64,000 nucleotides of DNA from Felis catus (taxonomy: Eukaryota): assembly GCF_018350175.1 (NCBI RefSeq), contig NC_058384.1, forward strand, positions 67,332,001-67,396,000, given 5' to 3'. Below, one piece after another: positions 1-12,802 of the stretch. The position numbers were made by a program, and so were the translations under genes. The notes beneath the pieces were generated by a model. That model worked only from the letters and a program-made list of their open reading frames with translations, was not told the DNA's origin and did not search any database. How positions within the stretch are numbered: the stretch's first letter is position 1; each line of letters opens with the position of its first letter.

Positions 1-3000
1 ATCACAGGGACAGGTAATGGGGAAACCACTGGAGGAGGGGGTAGGGCAGCAGGGGGCCGGCTGGGACAGGATGCAAGGGCTCAGGCTGGAGCACTGTCAC
101 GCTGCCCAGGGAGGGGCTGAGGGGGCATCTGTTTCCTCTTGGCCATGGTTTTCCCTCAACTCTGTCCCCAGAGGAGGTGAAAATGGTGCTGGCTTCCTGA
201 AGCAGAGCTTCCTGGGGATGGTGGGTGGAGGATGGACAGGTATCCATCAAAACATCCCGCATCCCTTCTCTCTCCCCTTGGAGCCCTGGGGAGCTGAGCT
301 AAGGCTTAAGGCATGGGGGCATATTCCTGTTGAAGCAGAGAGGTGAGGTCCTGGGACTCAGCACCAAGATCTAGCAGAAGGGAAAGCCAGGCTGGGCTCC
401 CAGTGGGATGTGGCAGGGACCTATTCAGCTCAGGGGTGAGGTCTCCCCCAGGTACCTTTGTGGATCAGGGGCAGAAGGTGGATTCAGAGAGGTGAGCACA
501 GACGGCAAGTGGGAATGAAGGGAGAGATCAGAGAGGGTGAAGGGAGGAGCCTGGGAAGAGGTCTACTGTGAGGGGGGAGGAGGAATGGAGCTTTGGGACA
601 AGGCAGCGGGGGTCACATCTTGAATCCAGGCCAGAGGGCTTTGGAAAGGAGAGCTGGACAGAGGAGAGGCCCAGGAATTGAGGAGAGGGGCCGCTGCCTA
701 GGCTGACACCCACGCTCCAGCCCCAGATCCTGGTGGGGCAAATATTTACCCAGCAACAACGGTTGCTAAGCACGGAGGAAGGAGGAGGGAGGCCAGTAGC
801 TGGAGGGCCTTCCAGGCTCCTCCCTCTCCCTCACAAAAGACTGCAGGGAGAGGGTGAGCCAAACCGCTCCCCTCAGCCCTCCCTCCTCCCGCCCAGGCTC
901 ACTCCTACCCCTCCATGCACACAGATCTTGGGGTCACCTCTATCCACCCCCCACCCCAGGCTGGCCACAGGCCAGGGGGCTGGGCTCAGGGGATTTAATC
1001 CCTCGGCTGCCAGGCTTTCCCCCACCCTAGGACAGTCCTGGGGGCTCAAACCTTGCAAAAGGCCCCCTTCCCAATGGGCTATTCAGTAGGAGCTGGAAAG
1101 GGGGGTGATCCAAGGAGTCAGGATATGTTGAGGGAGGGGTCACTGAAGGATGGAGTCCAGATGTCCAGGACTTAGGAGGTGGAAAGGAGGGGAAGGAGCC
1201 AGTCTGCCACTGTGAGGGTGCAGGACAGCAAAGAGGGGTCCTCAGGGGCACTCCCTGCTCAGGCCCCCAGGCAGAGAAGGGGGAGGGACAAAGGCGGGGA
1301 GGATGTGCTCAAAGGGAGCCAGATGTGGCCCATGTGATGTGGGCTGTTGCTGGCATGGGCACAGGGGGGCAGGATGTGCTGCCCTGCCAGGAAAGATTAG
1401 TCAGACGCCGGGAGGGAGAAGGGAGGGGGACAGCTAGTCCCAGACCCCCGTGAAGCAGACGGGCACTTTCAAGAAGAGCAGGAGGGCTCAGAACCTGCGA
1501 GGAGGCACTGGCAGGGCAGGGCCGCCCTCCTCATCCCTCTGTCCACCACCCTCAGGGCTCCCACCCACTGTCATGGCTGAGTTTAGGAGTCTGTGTGCAG
1601 GACAGGAATTGACACCCCTTCCCAGGGCACAAGACCTGTGCTGCGCACAGGACAGACACGCAGCACGTTCTTTCTTACCCACCTCCTTGGGGTGAGGTCT
1701 CTGTTCTGCAGGCTTCTCCCTGGGAGTCGGTGGGTTCTTACCCCCAGCCACAGGCCCCGTGGAAACTGGGGTACAGAAGTGGGAGGGGAGGGCACCGACA
1801 GGAAGCCGCTGGGGCAGAGAGGAGGTTCCTGGAGCCCAAGCTCCCTGGTGCTGATGGTCGCTCCCAAGGGTCGCAGGGCTGGCCAGAGTGACTGCAGGCC
1901 CCATGGGTCCGCCCTGAAATGGGGTAGATGGAAGGCTGTTACTGTGCGATGGCAGCAGAGGACAGACTGAAGTCGCCCCAGGAGAGACTTCTCTGGGCCC
2001 CTCCAACAGGGACAGCATGGGCCCGGAGGGAGAGAGGGAAGGGATCCCCGGAGATGAAGCAGACCCGAAGGACTGGCCTGGGTGCAGTGGCGGTCAAGGT
2101 GAAACCTATAGACACAGAACCAGGAATCCCTGGAGAGCCAGGTCTAAGTTGGCAACCAAAAGGCCGTTGTTTCCCAAACTCCCATCGGAAAGTTTGAAAA
2201 ATACACATGGAAACATGACTCACTGCCCCCTGCCCAGGCCCCCCTTTCCTGGTTTCTGTGATTTTTCTCCCAGGAGTTAATTCAAATCACATTCTCCCAG
2301 AAACCAAGTTTCACGAGGGAGGGCACAGAGCAGGCTGAGGAAGCAGAGAGGCGTGCAGGAGGAGCCTGGAAAGGGAGCGGCCAGGGCGGGGGCAGACAAG
2401 GACACAGTGACCGGCCGCTGCAGACCCCCGGACTGGGGCAGAACTCAAGTGCAAGCGGGAACATTCACGTTTCCACCATCGAACTGCCCTTCGGCCCAGA
2501 GAGCTTGCCTTCTGGCCTCCCCTTTGCAACCTGTTCCCCAGGGCCACAACTGAGTTCCCCAGGGCCAGAGGCCGGAAGGTGGGAGTGGAGCTCCCGAGAA
2601 CTCCCCTGCCTGCACCTCTTTTGGGTCAGAAACACGCATTCCCAGAGCAGGCACCCTGCACATCCTGCCCTGTGGGCTGGGGAGGATCCAGATAGGCCTG
2701 CCTCAACAGGGTGTCTCTGGGCCAGGGATTCCCAGCCTGTCCCGGGAAGGCCAGGGGAAAGGCCTTCCCTGCAAGCATCCCCACCCGGGAGTGACCCGAG
2801 CCTCCGTACCGGCCATCCCCCCACCCCCTGCATGCACCAGATGGAGTTCTTTGCATCTCTCTTGGCCACTGAGCCCCCGCGTCCTGTGGACCCTGCCTCT
2901 AGAATCGCTCCCCATTCTAGGTAACTGCTGGAGCCCCCGGGCCAGTCTCCCTGCCTCCACACCTGCCTCTACACGACGCTTTCTCCTCCCCACACCACAG

Positions 3001-3731
3001 CCATCTGTCCAAAATGTAAACCTTGGCATGTTTCCACAAAACTTCAAGTTACAGTGCACCCAATGTATCAGGGATAAAGTCCAAATTTATTGAGCTGGCT
3101 TATTAACGCCCTGGGTCCCCAGAGCCTCCTCACTTGCCCCTAGATTCTCACAATCCTGACCTCTCTGCTGCTTCTAGGCTAACCTGCCTGAACTTGGCAC
3201 AGGCTTTGCCCTCTGACCAACTCCTCCTCACCCTCTAGGCTCAGCTGAAAGTGCCACTGAGGCCGGGTTAGCTGTCCCCGCTAAGCCCCCAGCATCTCTT
3301 GTCACACGTAGTGACACTGTGGATGCCTCTGTTTATCCCCCCATGAGGGGAATTCCTTGAGAGGAGGGCTGGAGGGGTCCTGCCCCCCCCCCCGTACCCT
3401 CAGGCCCTGGCACAGTGGCGGACGCATGCTCCACCCACACTTGAGCCCAGCATGTCACCATACTCCTTCCTGAACCTGCACACCCCCCTCTTTACCGCAT
3501 GCCCTGCAGCGAGGCGCCTCCCCACCCCCAGCCTGGCGGGTGTCGCTGTTTATAGAGCACTCACTGCGTCTGGGCCTGTTCTAGGTTCTTTCTGTTCATT
3601 GGCTAATTTGATTCCAAGCAAGAGCTAACGAAAGACATTAGCCCGAGACCCTGACTTGTCCGATGGGTCAGGACCAGTCGCTCTGGGAGCTTAGAACTCA
3701 GTAGTCACTGTGTGTAAAGGAGGTGGGGTAC

Positions 3732-3805
3732 ATGCTAGGTGCTCAATAAATGCCTAGAGCGGGAGGAAATGCTAGGTGCTCAGTAAATGCCTAGAGCAGG
3801 AGGAA
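3732..3805. repeat. 37-bp tandem duplication
   Basis: atgctaggtgctca(a/g)taaatgcctagagc(g/a)ggaggaa, two copies. Confidence 0.9.
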
Positions 3806-6110
3806 CAGGATAATTGCCCACCTTTGGACCAGGCTCTATCACTAGTGATGTTATCTCCAGGGAGGTGAACACAGCAGGTTACTATTCTCATTTTATAGAG
3901 GAGGACTCTGTCCAAGTGAGCGGGGAGGGACCTGCTTCCGGTGTGGGCAGGTGCACGTTGCTGCGGTGCAGGGCGGCAGGTGGGTGGTGGGGGGGCGCAT
4001 TACTTGAGCGTGAGTGTTCAGGGGTCAGGGCTGCGGGGGAACCTTCCGTCCAGTGCTCTCAACCCTCACTGGGCGTCAGAATCACAAGACTGCCAGCACC
4101 CGACGTCTCAGATGTTTTGATTCCACGCTCTGGGAATGGTCTGGGGTGGGACCTGGGGACACGTCTCAGTAAACACCACTTCAGTCTGTCATTTTACAGA
4201 GGAGGAAGCTGAGGTTGGGGACGGGGACTGTGCCAGCGGCTGACAGAGTGCTTTCGCGGCTGGGCCCTGTTCTAAGTAGCACAGGTGCCTTATTTACCTG
4301 GCCCTCCGCAAAGCGGGCTCAGTGAGGGGTTGTTATTATCAGTTCCGTTTTAAAGATGAGAAAACAAAGCCCACGGGTTCAAGGTCACATAACCAGTAAG
4401 CGGTGCAGCTGGAATTCGGACCCCAGAGACCCAGTCGAAGCCCACACTCTGAACCGTGACCCCACCGCAGAGGAGCCAGGGGTGGGTCCAGGCCCAGATC
4501 CCACATCTCCTCTGGGCAGAAAAATGAGAAAGCCCCCAAGAGTGGGGAAACTGAGGCCAGAGGCACCAGATGGGAGGCCGAGAGGCTCCCGGCCCCCTCC
4601 CCCACAGGAGCAGAAAGGCTGGGCACGGGCCCACCCACGGGCCGCCTGCCTCCCTCCCTTCCCCAAGGGGAGCCCTGACCACCCCCCCGCTGAGTTGTCA
4701 CCCTTCCCCTGCTAAGTGATGCAGTGTCTTAAATGCTGAGCACAAGGAGGCAATTAAGTCCAATTAGGGAGGGAGAGCTAATTAGTGCTCAGCTTCCCAC
4801 AGCCTCTGGGTACCTCCCCGGGTCTGGGGAACCTGCTACCCACCCCCCACCCCCAGGGGAGGAGACTGCTGCTCCTATAGAACACAGCAAAAATTCATAC
4901 GCCCTCCTTGCTCTCCTGAGGGGCAGGGGGCAGGCACCTTGCTCGTCCCCAGCCTCGGCCCTGCAGGGCGGCTCTGTCTCCCGGTCCCACAGGACATGAC
5001 TTGCCTTCCCTGACAACCAAGAACATTCAAGGCACCCCGTAATTCCTAAGTGCTCCCCTGCCACCTCATCCACCCTCCCTGCAACCCTGGAGGTGGGTTA
5101 GCCCTGGGGCCCAAGGTCACACAGTCCACTTAGCTCCCCGACACTGACACCCCTGACGTGCACGCGATGATCTCCCCTCCGTCATCTGAGGTAACAAGGT
5201 AGAGAGCTGGGGCTAGGTTATGCCAACTAATCTGCCCTCTCTCCCTCTGTTCATCCATCCGCCTCACTCCGTTCTGAGACCCCAGTGCCATGTTCCAGAA
5301 TATTCTTCCTGGGATCACAGGATGTAGTGTCAGGAGTTAGGGGATCTAGTTTTCTCTTCCAGGGATTCACTCCGTGACCTTGGAAGAACTGCTTTCCTTC
5401 TATGGGCCTCCGTTTTCTCATCTGCAAGACAAGAGGAGGCCTGGAATGGAAGAGCCCCAAGGCCCTAACAACCTCGGTCCCTGCCACTGCAGGTGGAGAG
5501 ATGGGGACTGGCTGGGCTTCCCTCTTGCGTGCCATCAGGGCCTGGGGGCAGGAGAGGATACCCCTTTCATACTGAAATTGTGGGGGCCCCCGTGGCTTAA
5601 CAAGAATGAAACTGTCCTGCCAGCAACAGAGAGGCCAGGAACTCCCAGGCTCTAGCAGGGGCCCGGAGGGTAGAATAGGGGACAGATATGACGCCCTCCC
5701 AACTGTCCCTCTCGTCCCCAGAACCAGGGAACAGGGAAAGTGATGGGGGACGCTGGCTCGACCAGACCTGGGCACTGCTTTCTGGGGCTTGGAGGAGAGG
5801 GAGGGAGGCAGGATGCCCAGTCTCTGGCCCACATCCAGCCAAGCACTGTGCCAGCCTCCCTCCCTATCAGTGTTGGGCTCACACAGGGCAGGGCAGGCAG
5901 GAAGGCCAAGGGAGCTGAAGGGCCCTCTCCCGTCTCGTCCTGGGTCTTAGCCACACTCTATCTCCCATGCCTCTCTTCCTCTTTTTCTGCTTTCTGGGTC
6001 TTCACAAGCACGGTCAGGGTGAGACTAGCCTGGGTTCTAATCCTCATGTCCCACCCATGTCATCCTGGTGCAGGTGACTGCTGCCTTTTCTCTAAAATGG
6101 GGTAACAATA

Positions 6111-6330
6111 GGGGCACCTGGGTGGCTCAGTCAGTTAAGCATCCGACTTTGGCTCAGGTCATGATCTCACAGTTCGTGAGTTCGAGCCCCGTGTCAGGCT
6201 CTGTGCTGACAGCTCCGAGCCCGGAACCTGCTTCGGATTCTGTCTCTCCCTGTCTCTCCCTCTCTCTCTGCTCCTCCCCTGCTCACATGCTGTCTCTCTC
6301 TCAAAAATAAATAAAGATTTAAAAAAAAAT
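6111..6330 (+). mobile_element. Can-SINE (felid SINEC type) with target-site duplication
   Basis: GGGGCACCTGGGTGGCTCAGTCAGTTAAG head, (CT)n, A-tail. TSD aatggggtaac(a/c)ata at 6096-6110 and 6337-6351. Confidence 0.95.
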
Positions 6331-9300
6331 TGTTTTAATGGGGTAACCATAATTCCAGAGGGCCGCTGTGACCATCAGTGAGCTGTGCAAGTGCAGTGAG
6401 GAGCAGGGGCTCGGTTCCCCACCTGGCATCTTCCAGAGCCCAGGCCCTGGGGCCGCGCTCGGGGTGCGTGCGCTGAGCACCGAGAAGAAGCCACAGGGCA
6501 TCCGGGCTGCAGCACCCAGTCCCTCCGAAACCTTCCCTTTCCTGTACTGAATCACTGCTCACAAGCCTGGGGACCCGGGCGTCCCCGGCTTGCCACAAAC
6601 ACTACCGTTGCCATAGAAACCGGGCCTCCCCTTCCTCTCACTGATTGATTTCACCACATCGTCCCCCACGCTGTGTCTGGTTCCTGGATCTCAGCTTTTG
6701 ACTCACCGACTGAATGGCCTCTCATTTCACGTCCCCACCGCACGGTCTGTGCCCTGAACCCCTCAGCCAGGCCCCTTTCCCCAGCATCTCCACCCCCTCC
6801 CGCCGAGTGAGGCTGGACACCCCGACGGAAATGTCTGTCCCTGAGGCCGCCAGCCGGGGCTCCTCAGCAAGGGCAGGGAGGTGGCCCCGGGCACAGCCCC
6901 GCGGGCGCTGGCGCCACCTGCTGGCCTCCCGACTGGTGTGCCGCGTCCTCCGGGCAGCCCGTGTCCACTCCCTCCCTCGCTCCTTCACCGACGTTACCAC
7001 CTGTGCCCCGGCGGGCTCGTGCCCTCGGGAACCACGCACGTGCAGTGAGCGCCCCGAGCCAGGCCCCCCCCTCCCCCCAGGCTGCATTCGGGAGGAAGGG
7101 ATGACTAAGGTGAGCCCTGAGCATTTAGGAAGCACCTTCTGTGCACTAGACGCGGTGGGAGTTTACATGCCTCCTCCCACCGACCACGCAACAACCCCGG
7201 GAGGTAACTGCTGCTATTATCTTCATTTTATAGATGGGGAAACAGGTTGAGAGAGAGAAAGAATTTGCAGAGGGCCCGCAGGCAGTAGGCACCTAGAGCC
7301 CGGCTCGGGGGACAGCCACACCCGGGGCTTCCGCTGGGACAGCTGGGCAGAAAGGGAGCCGGAAGCGTGTGGCAGAGGAAGCGACTGCAGGCAGGGGATC
7401 CACTGGCCGGTGACACAGGAGGAGAGGTGGGCAGAGGAGACGGGAGAGGGGCACCCAGTGGCGGGGGGAGGGAATAAAGAGTTTGGAGGAGGAGGGTGTC
7501 AGGGGTTAGAGGTCAAGCGAGAGCAAAACTGAGCCTGGACACAGCCCCAGCTTCCAGGCAGCCTGGGTCAGGTCAGCGCAGGCGGGAAAGTGGGGCACAC
7601 AAACACGGGGACCCGGCACAGTCTGATGTCAGGGCCTGGGCCAAGCAACCGGCCTTAAATCGTCTGCAAAGGCTGCTGGGGAGAGTCACAGAGAACTGTC
7701 CGCCCGGAGGGCACGGAAGCGCCCTAGGATACTGGCAACAAGGGCACCGGGCGGCCCGGGTGCAAGCGTCCGGATCCCGGGACTGGATCTAAGAGATAAT
7801 TGGGGGTGCTGGGGGTGGCGACGAGGGCGGGGAGCAGCCTGCCCCCCTCCCCCCAGGCTCCCAACAGGGGCCCTCGTGCAAGGACGCGGACCCAGTGAGT
7901 GCCGTGGAGGCTCGGGCCCTTCCAGGCCGGCCTGCAGTGGTGAGCCAGACGCGGCTTGCACCTGCTAGTGAGAGCCCGTTGTTCACACCGCAGTCGGCCA
8001 CGGCGACACAATTTACACCGTGGGAATTGGCAGTTGCCACAAACACAGGCTCTTTCTCCCCTTGGTTGTTAAACATGTGCAGGCACGTCCTTGTTCCCTC
8101 GTTCTACGCTCTCTCGCCCCCACTTGACAGAAAACGGAACTGAGGCCCAAAGATGGAGACTGGCCTGTTCAGTAGCATAAAGTAACGTTCTTCCTTTTAT
8201 TCGCTCAGTCATTCACTCAACAAATCTTTACTGGGCGCTCCCCCACCCCCCCGCCCCACACTAGGCTTTGGAGAGACGCGTCCCATCCTCGGGGGGGGGG
8301 GGGGGGTGGCGCTTTCGGTCCGGGCGGCCTCCAGAACATGCTCTACGCTACGTTAACTAAGCGCTAAGGAAGGAGTAAGTCCTGGGCGCACAGCTGACTC
8401 TGGAGGCGAAGCAGTCAGCGTGGTCGGGAAGGCTGACCGGGGCACAACGCCTCGGCTCAGCTCTGAAGGATAAATGGGAGATCGCCGCAGGGAGTGGGTG
8501 AGAGGGGGCCCCAGGCAGAGGGAGCAGCAGCCACAGAGGCCTCGGGGGAGGACAGGAGCCTGGCAGGAGGATAAGACCCACGCATACCTGGCACTCTCAC
8601 AGCCTACTGTGTGCGAGGCTCCTTTTACCAGCGGTGACCGAGGCGGTTACGTGATCAGAGGTCCGTTCTGAGCCAGCGTCTGAAGCCACACTGGTGGGTC
8701 AGTGCCATGACTGAGCTCCTGCCGTGTGTGAGCTCCGGGCTAGGTGCCAGAGGGGAGACCGGTGAAGGCACATCCCAAAGCCCGTGTAGACAGCACCCCC
8801 TTGGAGATCAGATGAGGGAGGGCTGTGAGGGCCCCAGTGTGTGTGGCGGTGGGGGGCTGGGGGTAGAGCCGGGTATGGAGGGTGACAGGTAAGACGGAAA
8901 AGACAGAGACAGGTCGAATCTTTGGTGGGGGTGGAGGGGCGTGTGAATGAGCATGCCCAGCTTCCAAACAGCAGGCATTGAGAACCTACTGTGTGCCAGG
9001 CACGGGGCGCGGAACTGGGAAACAGGAGTGGGCTAGATGCAGTCCCTGTCCTCAGTGAGCGCCCAGTGGGCTGGGGAGCCATTATAATAGTGTGTGACAG
9101 GTGAGGGAGCCCCAAAGGGCCCCGAGGGAGATTCCCCAGGGAAAGTGACACTGCATTCCAGTCCTGCAAGATGAGCCAGCATTAGGGCTGCGAAGGGCAG
9201 GGCGAGGGGATCATAGATGGCTCAGCACAGGCTGGGTGACCAGCAGAACGCCCCTGAAGCAAGGCCAGTCTGTGGCTGGAGCGGAGAATGGAGAGAGGGC

Positions 9301-10170
9301 AGGGCCGGATCGTGAACGGCGTTCTAAACACACGGAGGAGTTTGCTCTTGGATCTAATGGCCGTGGGGAGCTACTTCAGGGTTTAAAGAAGGAGTTTCAG
9401 GATCGGATTCGTTTTTAAAACGATCTCTCCGGCCACCATGTGGCGAGCGGTTGGGGGGCACCGAGGAGGCAGGAGTGGAGGAGGGAGAGCAGTGGGAGGC
9501 GGCTGCAGGCGGGGGTGAGGGGTTGGGGGGGGGGCCAGCTTCGTCAGGAGGGTGGCAGCAGGGACAGGAAGTCAGTGGGCTTGGGAAATGTCCAGAGGTG
9601 TCCAGGGAGGTCTGGTGGATGGGCTGGATGGGAGGAAGTCCAGGGAAGGTGGGAATCACAGCCGGCTCCAGATTTCCAGCCTGAACCACCCGGTGGGTTT
9701 ACCGGAAGCAGGGAGCTGGCCGGGAGGGGCAGGTTGGGCCGTGTGGCAGGACCCAGTCCGAACACTCTAGGACTCCCGGCTCCCGGCCGGCACCTGTTTC
9801 CCCCATGGGGGCTGCCAGGAGAAGGCACGGAGAACGCGGGCCACAGGAAGGGAGCAGGGGGCAGAACGGGCTGGAGCACGGGGAGCAAAACAATAGCGAT
9901 GGCTACACAACGTCAGTGTTGATGACGTGCCGCTAAGTTCTCACGACGTGACCACCTCTTCCGAAGGAGCCGCCTCACGCCTTTCTACCCCACCTCCCGC
10001 CGGACGTGTCTACTGTCTGTCTGTCTCCCTCCCCCGCAACGTATCCGCTCCGCGAGGGTAAGGCCTCCGTCTGTCTTGCTCAGCGCTGTATCTCCAGTGC
10101 CCAGAACAGTGCCTGACACAGCCAGTGTCCGGTATATATTAACTGGATTAAAATTAATAATAATTAACTC

Positions 10171-10378
10171 CTTGGTGGCTCAATCGTTTAGGCGTCTGAC
10201 TCGTGATTTCAGCTCAGGCCACGATCTCACGGTCGTGGGTTCGAGCCCCGCGTCGGGTTCTGTGCTGACAGTGCGGAGCCTGCTTGGGATTCTCTCCTTC
10301 TCTCCCTCTCTCTCTGTCCCTCCCTCATGCTCTGTCTCTCAAAAATAAGTATATCAACTTAAAAAGAAAGAAAGAAAA
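10171..10378 (+). mobile_element. Can-SINE
   Basis: tRNA-like head, CT tract, A-rich tail. Confidence 0.9.
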
Positions 10379-12576
10379 CCTCCTTATTAGGTACGTATTA
10401 TTATTTTTCCCCTTCAGAGCGAGGCCAGCTGGAGTCAAATGTCGGTTTCCTTGGCCTGTTCCTTGAACCGTGTCTCCCAGGGACTCAGGAGGGCAGGTGG
10501 GCACGAGGCCAGTTTTTTAAGCAGCTGGAGGGGGCTCAGGACAACCTGAGGAGCTGGTCTGACCAGCCTCAGCCACCTGGGTTTTCACCTTGAGTCGGGA
10601 ACAGACTGGTCTCCCCTGTGCTGGATGCCCCGCCAGAAAAGGGCAGAGTGGAAGCCCCAGGTGACACCTGAGGAGGCGGGGCTGGGCGCCGAGCCCCAGC
10701 GGGCAGGGAGGAAACATCTGGGCCCCGTGTCCAAGTCCAGACCGGAGCGGCTCCCAGCAGTCGGCCTGCAGCGCCACCTCGTGGTCAAGGTTCAAAGACG
10801 TGTCTCCTCCACCTGCGTGCCCCACTCAAGACCCAGGCCAGCTGGCCACCTGCCCCACCGGCAGGCCTCCCTGGGCACCTCCGGCACCAACCTCCGGGCA
10901 TCCCTCCAGTCCTCTCCCTTCAGATTAACCTCCCTCATCCCTCTGGGACTCCGGATCCTGTTCATCCAGGAAGCCTCTCCAAACTTCTCCAGCTTCAGTG
11001 ATCACTCCCTGCTCAGTCTCCAGACACTCACTGGGTGTCACTATCTTACCCCTGGGGTCCTAAGCTCTGGGGTCAGATAGACCCCTCTGAACACCGGAGG
11101 GTCCACTTACCAGCTGTGTGACCTGAGCAAACTATTTGACCTCTCTGAGCCTTAGGTCCTAATGTTAGGCAGAGGTGTGTTTCCAGCCTCACAGAGCCGT
11201 GAAGAGGGTTGAACGAGATCAAGTCTGCAAAGGCCAAGAAGAGGGCCCAGCAGTAAACAGGCAGTCAGCAAAGGGCAAGTCCATTCCCACCCCTCTCTCT
11301 GACTTCCTCTTCCCTTTCCTAAAAAAGAGAGCATGACAGGACAGAAGGCACAAGACAGTCATAGGACCTGGGTTCTCCTTCTCTGTAAAATGAGGCCATC
11401 GGATAATTGATGAATCTATTCGAATACTGATTGATTGATTGATTCATTCATTCATTCATTCATTCCACTTCCATTCCACCTGTGACATTCTACAGGATGA
11501 GTATGACTTTTATGTCCATTCATTCATCCGTGCCAAGCTGTGTCTAATGCTCCAGTGTCCCCTGTTAGTATCTAGCACAGTTCCCGGCATGGAGAGGGCA
11601 CTGGAAAAGTCCTTCCTCAATAACCTACCAAGGGCATGCTTGCTGTCGCCCCCCCCCGCCCCCCCCCGGCCCCAAGAGAGCAATCAGCCCAGCCTGGCAC
11701 CAGGCGCCCCTCCCCCTCCCTCTCCCCAGCCCGAAACCAGAGCTGGCGCCACTGGGTGAGGAATCTGGGGACCAACTGTCACAGCTCCGGTGTCACCCGC
11801 CTCCCGGACGCCGGGGTCCAGCCCTGAGTCCCAGAGGGGCCCTGTCAGCCAGCTGTCCTGGGGGACCCTGGCTCCACCCCGGCCCCTCTGAGTTGCTCTC
11901 CCTAGGGAAATCAGAGAGTGCAGGGGACCTGGTGGGGGGTGCTGGAGTGGGCGCTAGGGAAGGGCAGGGGCCTCTGTCCAGGCCAAACCTCAAGCTGGGT
12001 GTCAGAGCCCGTGGAGACGGGTCCACAACAGCAGACGGACCTGTAGTGGCCTCCTCTCTTCTCCGTCCCCGTAGCCCTCCAAGGCCCAAAGACCGTTCTG
12101 CCCTCACATGCAATCCTGTTTGACCATGTTCTCTGAGTCACATAGGCTAGTTTCTGTGTCTTGCTGAGAGCAGAGATCAAATCTGGTATTTCTTTTGTGT
12201 GTCCTACAGAATTTTACTTAATACATTCTGAGGGAAATTAATTCATTGTTCCAGCAACAGAGGGAAAACTGGCTGCACTGGTCAGCAGGAAACACGGTGT
12301 TTAGATAGGTTCCCAGGAGGAGGGGTGTTAGGAAAAGAAAATGGAGACCCCGTAACACATAGCAGGGGAGGCTCCTCTGATGAGGACAGATGGAGAGGAC
12401 GGGGGAGGTGGCTAAGAGGACCTCCATAAGGGCCAGCCAACTTGGTGGGGCAGCCTCCCTGGGGCTCCGGGAGTAGGGCATGGGGGGGGGGTGCGCAAGA
12501 GCTAGGTATGTGCCCCATCACTTGGTACTCGGACAGGTGGTGACAAAGGGTGCCCACGTTTGCCCAGAAAAGAGAA

Positions 12577-12802
12577 GGGAGGTGCCTGGGTGGCTCGGTT
12601 AGTTAAGTGTCCGACTCTTGATTTCAGCTCAGGTCACGATCTCATGGTTCATGAGTTCGAGCTCCACAGCGGGCTCCACACTGACAGTGCAGAGCCTGCT
12701 TGGGATTCTCTCTCTCTCTCCCTCTCTCTCTGCCACCCCAGCCCCACCGGCACTCTCTATCTCTCTCTCAAAATAAATAAATACACTTACAAAAAAAAAA
12801 AA
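12577..12802 (+). mobile_element. Can-SINE
   Basis: GGTGCCTGGGTGGCTCGG head, (CT)n, poly-A. Confidence 0.92.

Noticed and set aside
6111-6200. tRNA-like A/B boxes here and in similar elements
   Set aside because: Heads of tRNA-derived Can-SINEs, not tRNA genes.
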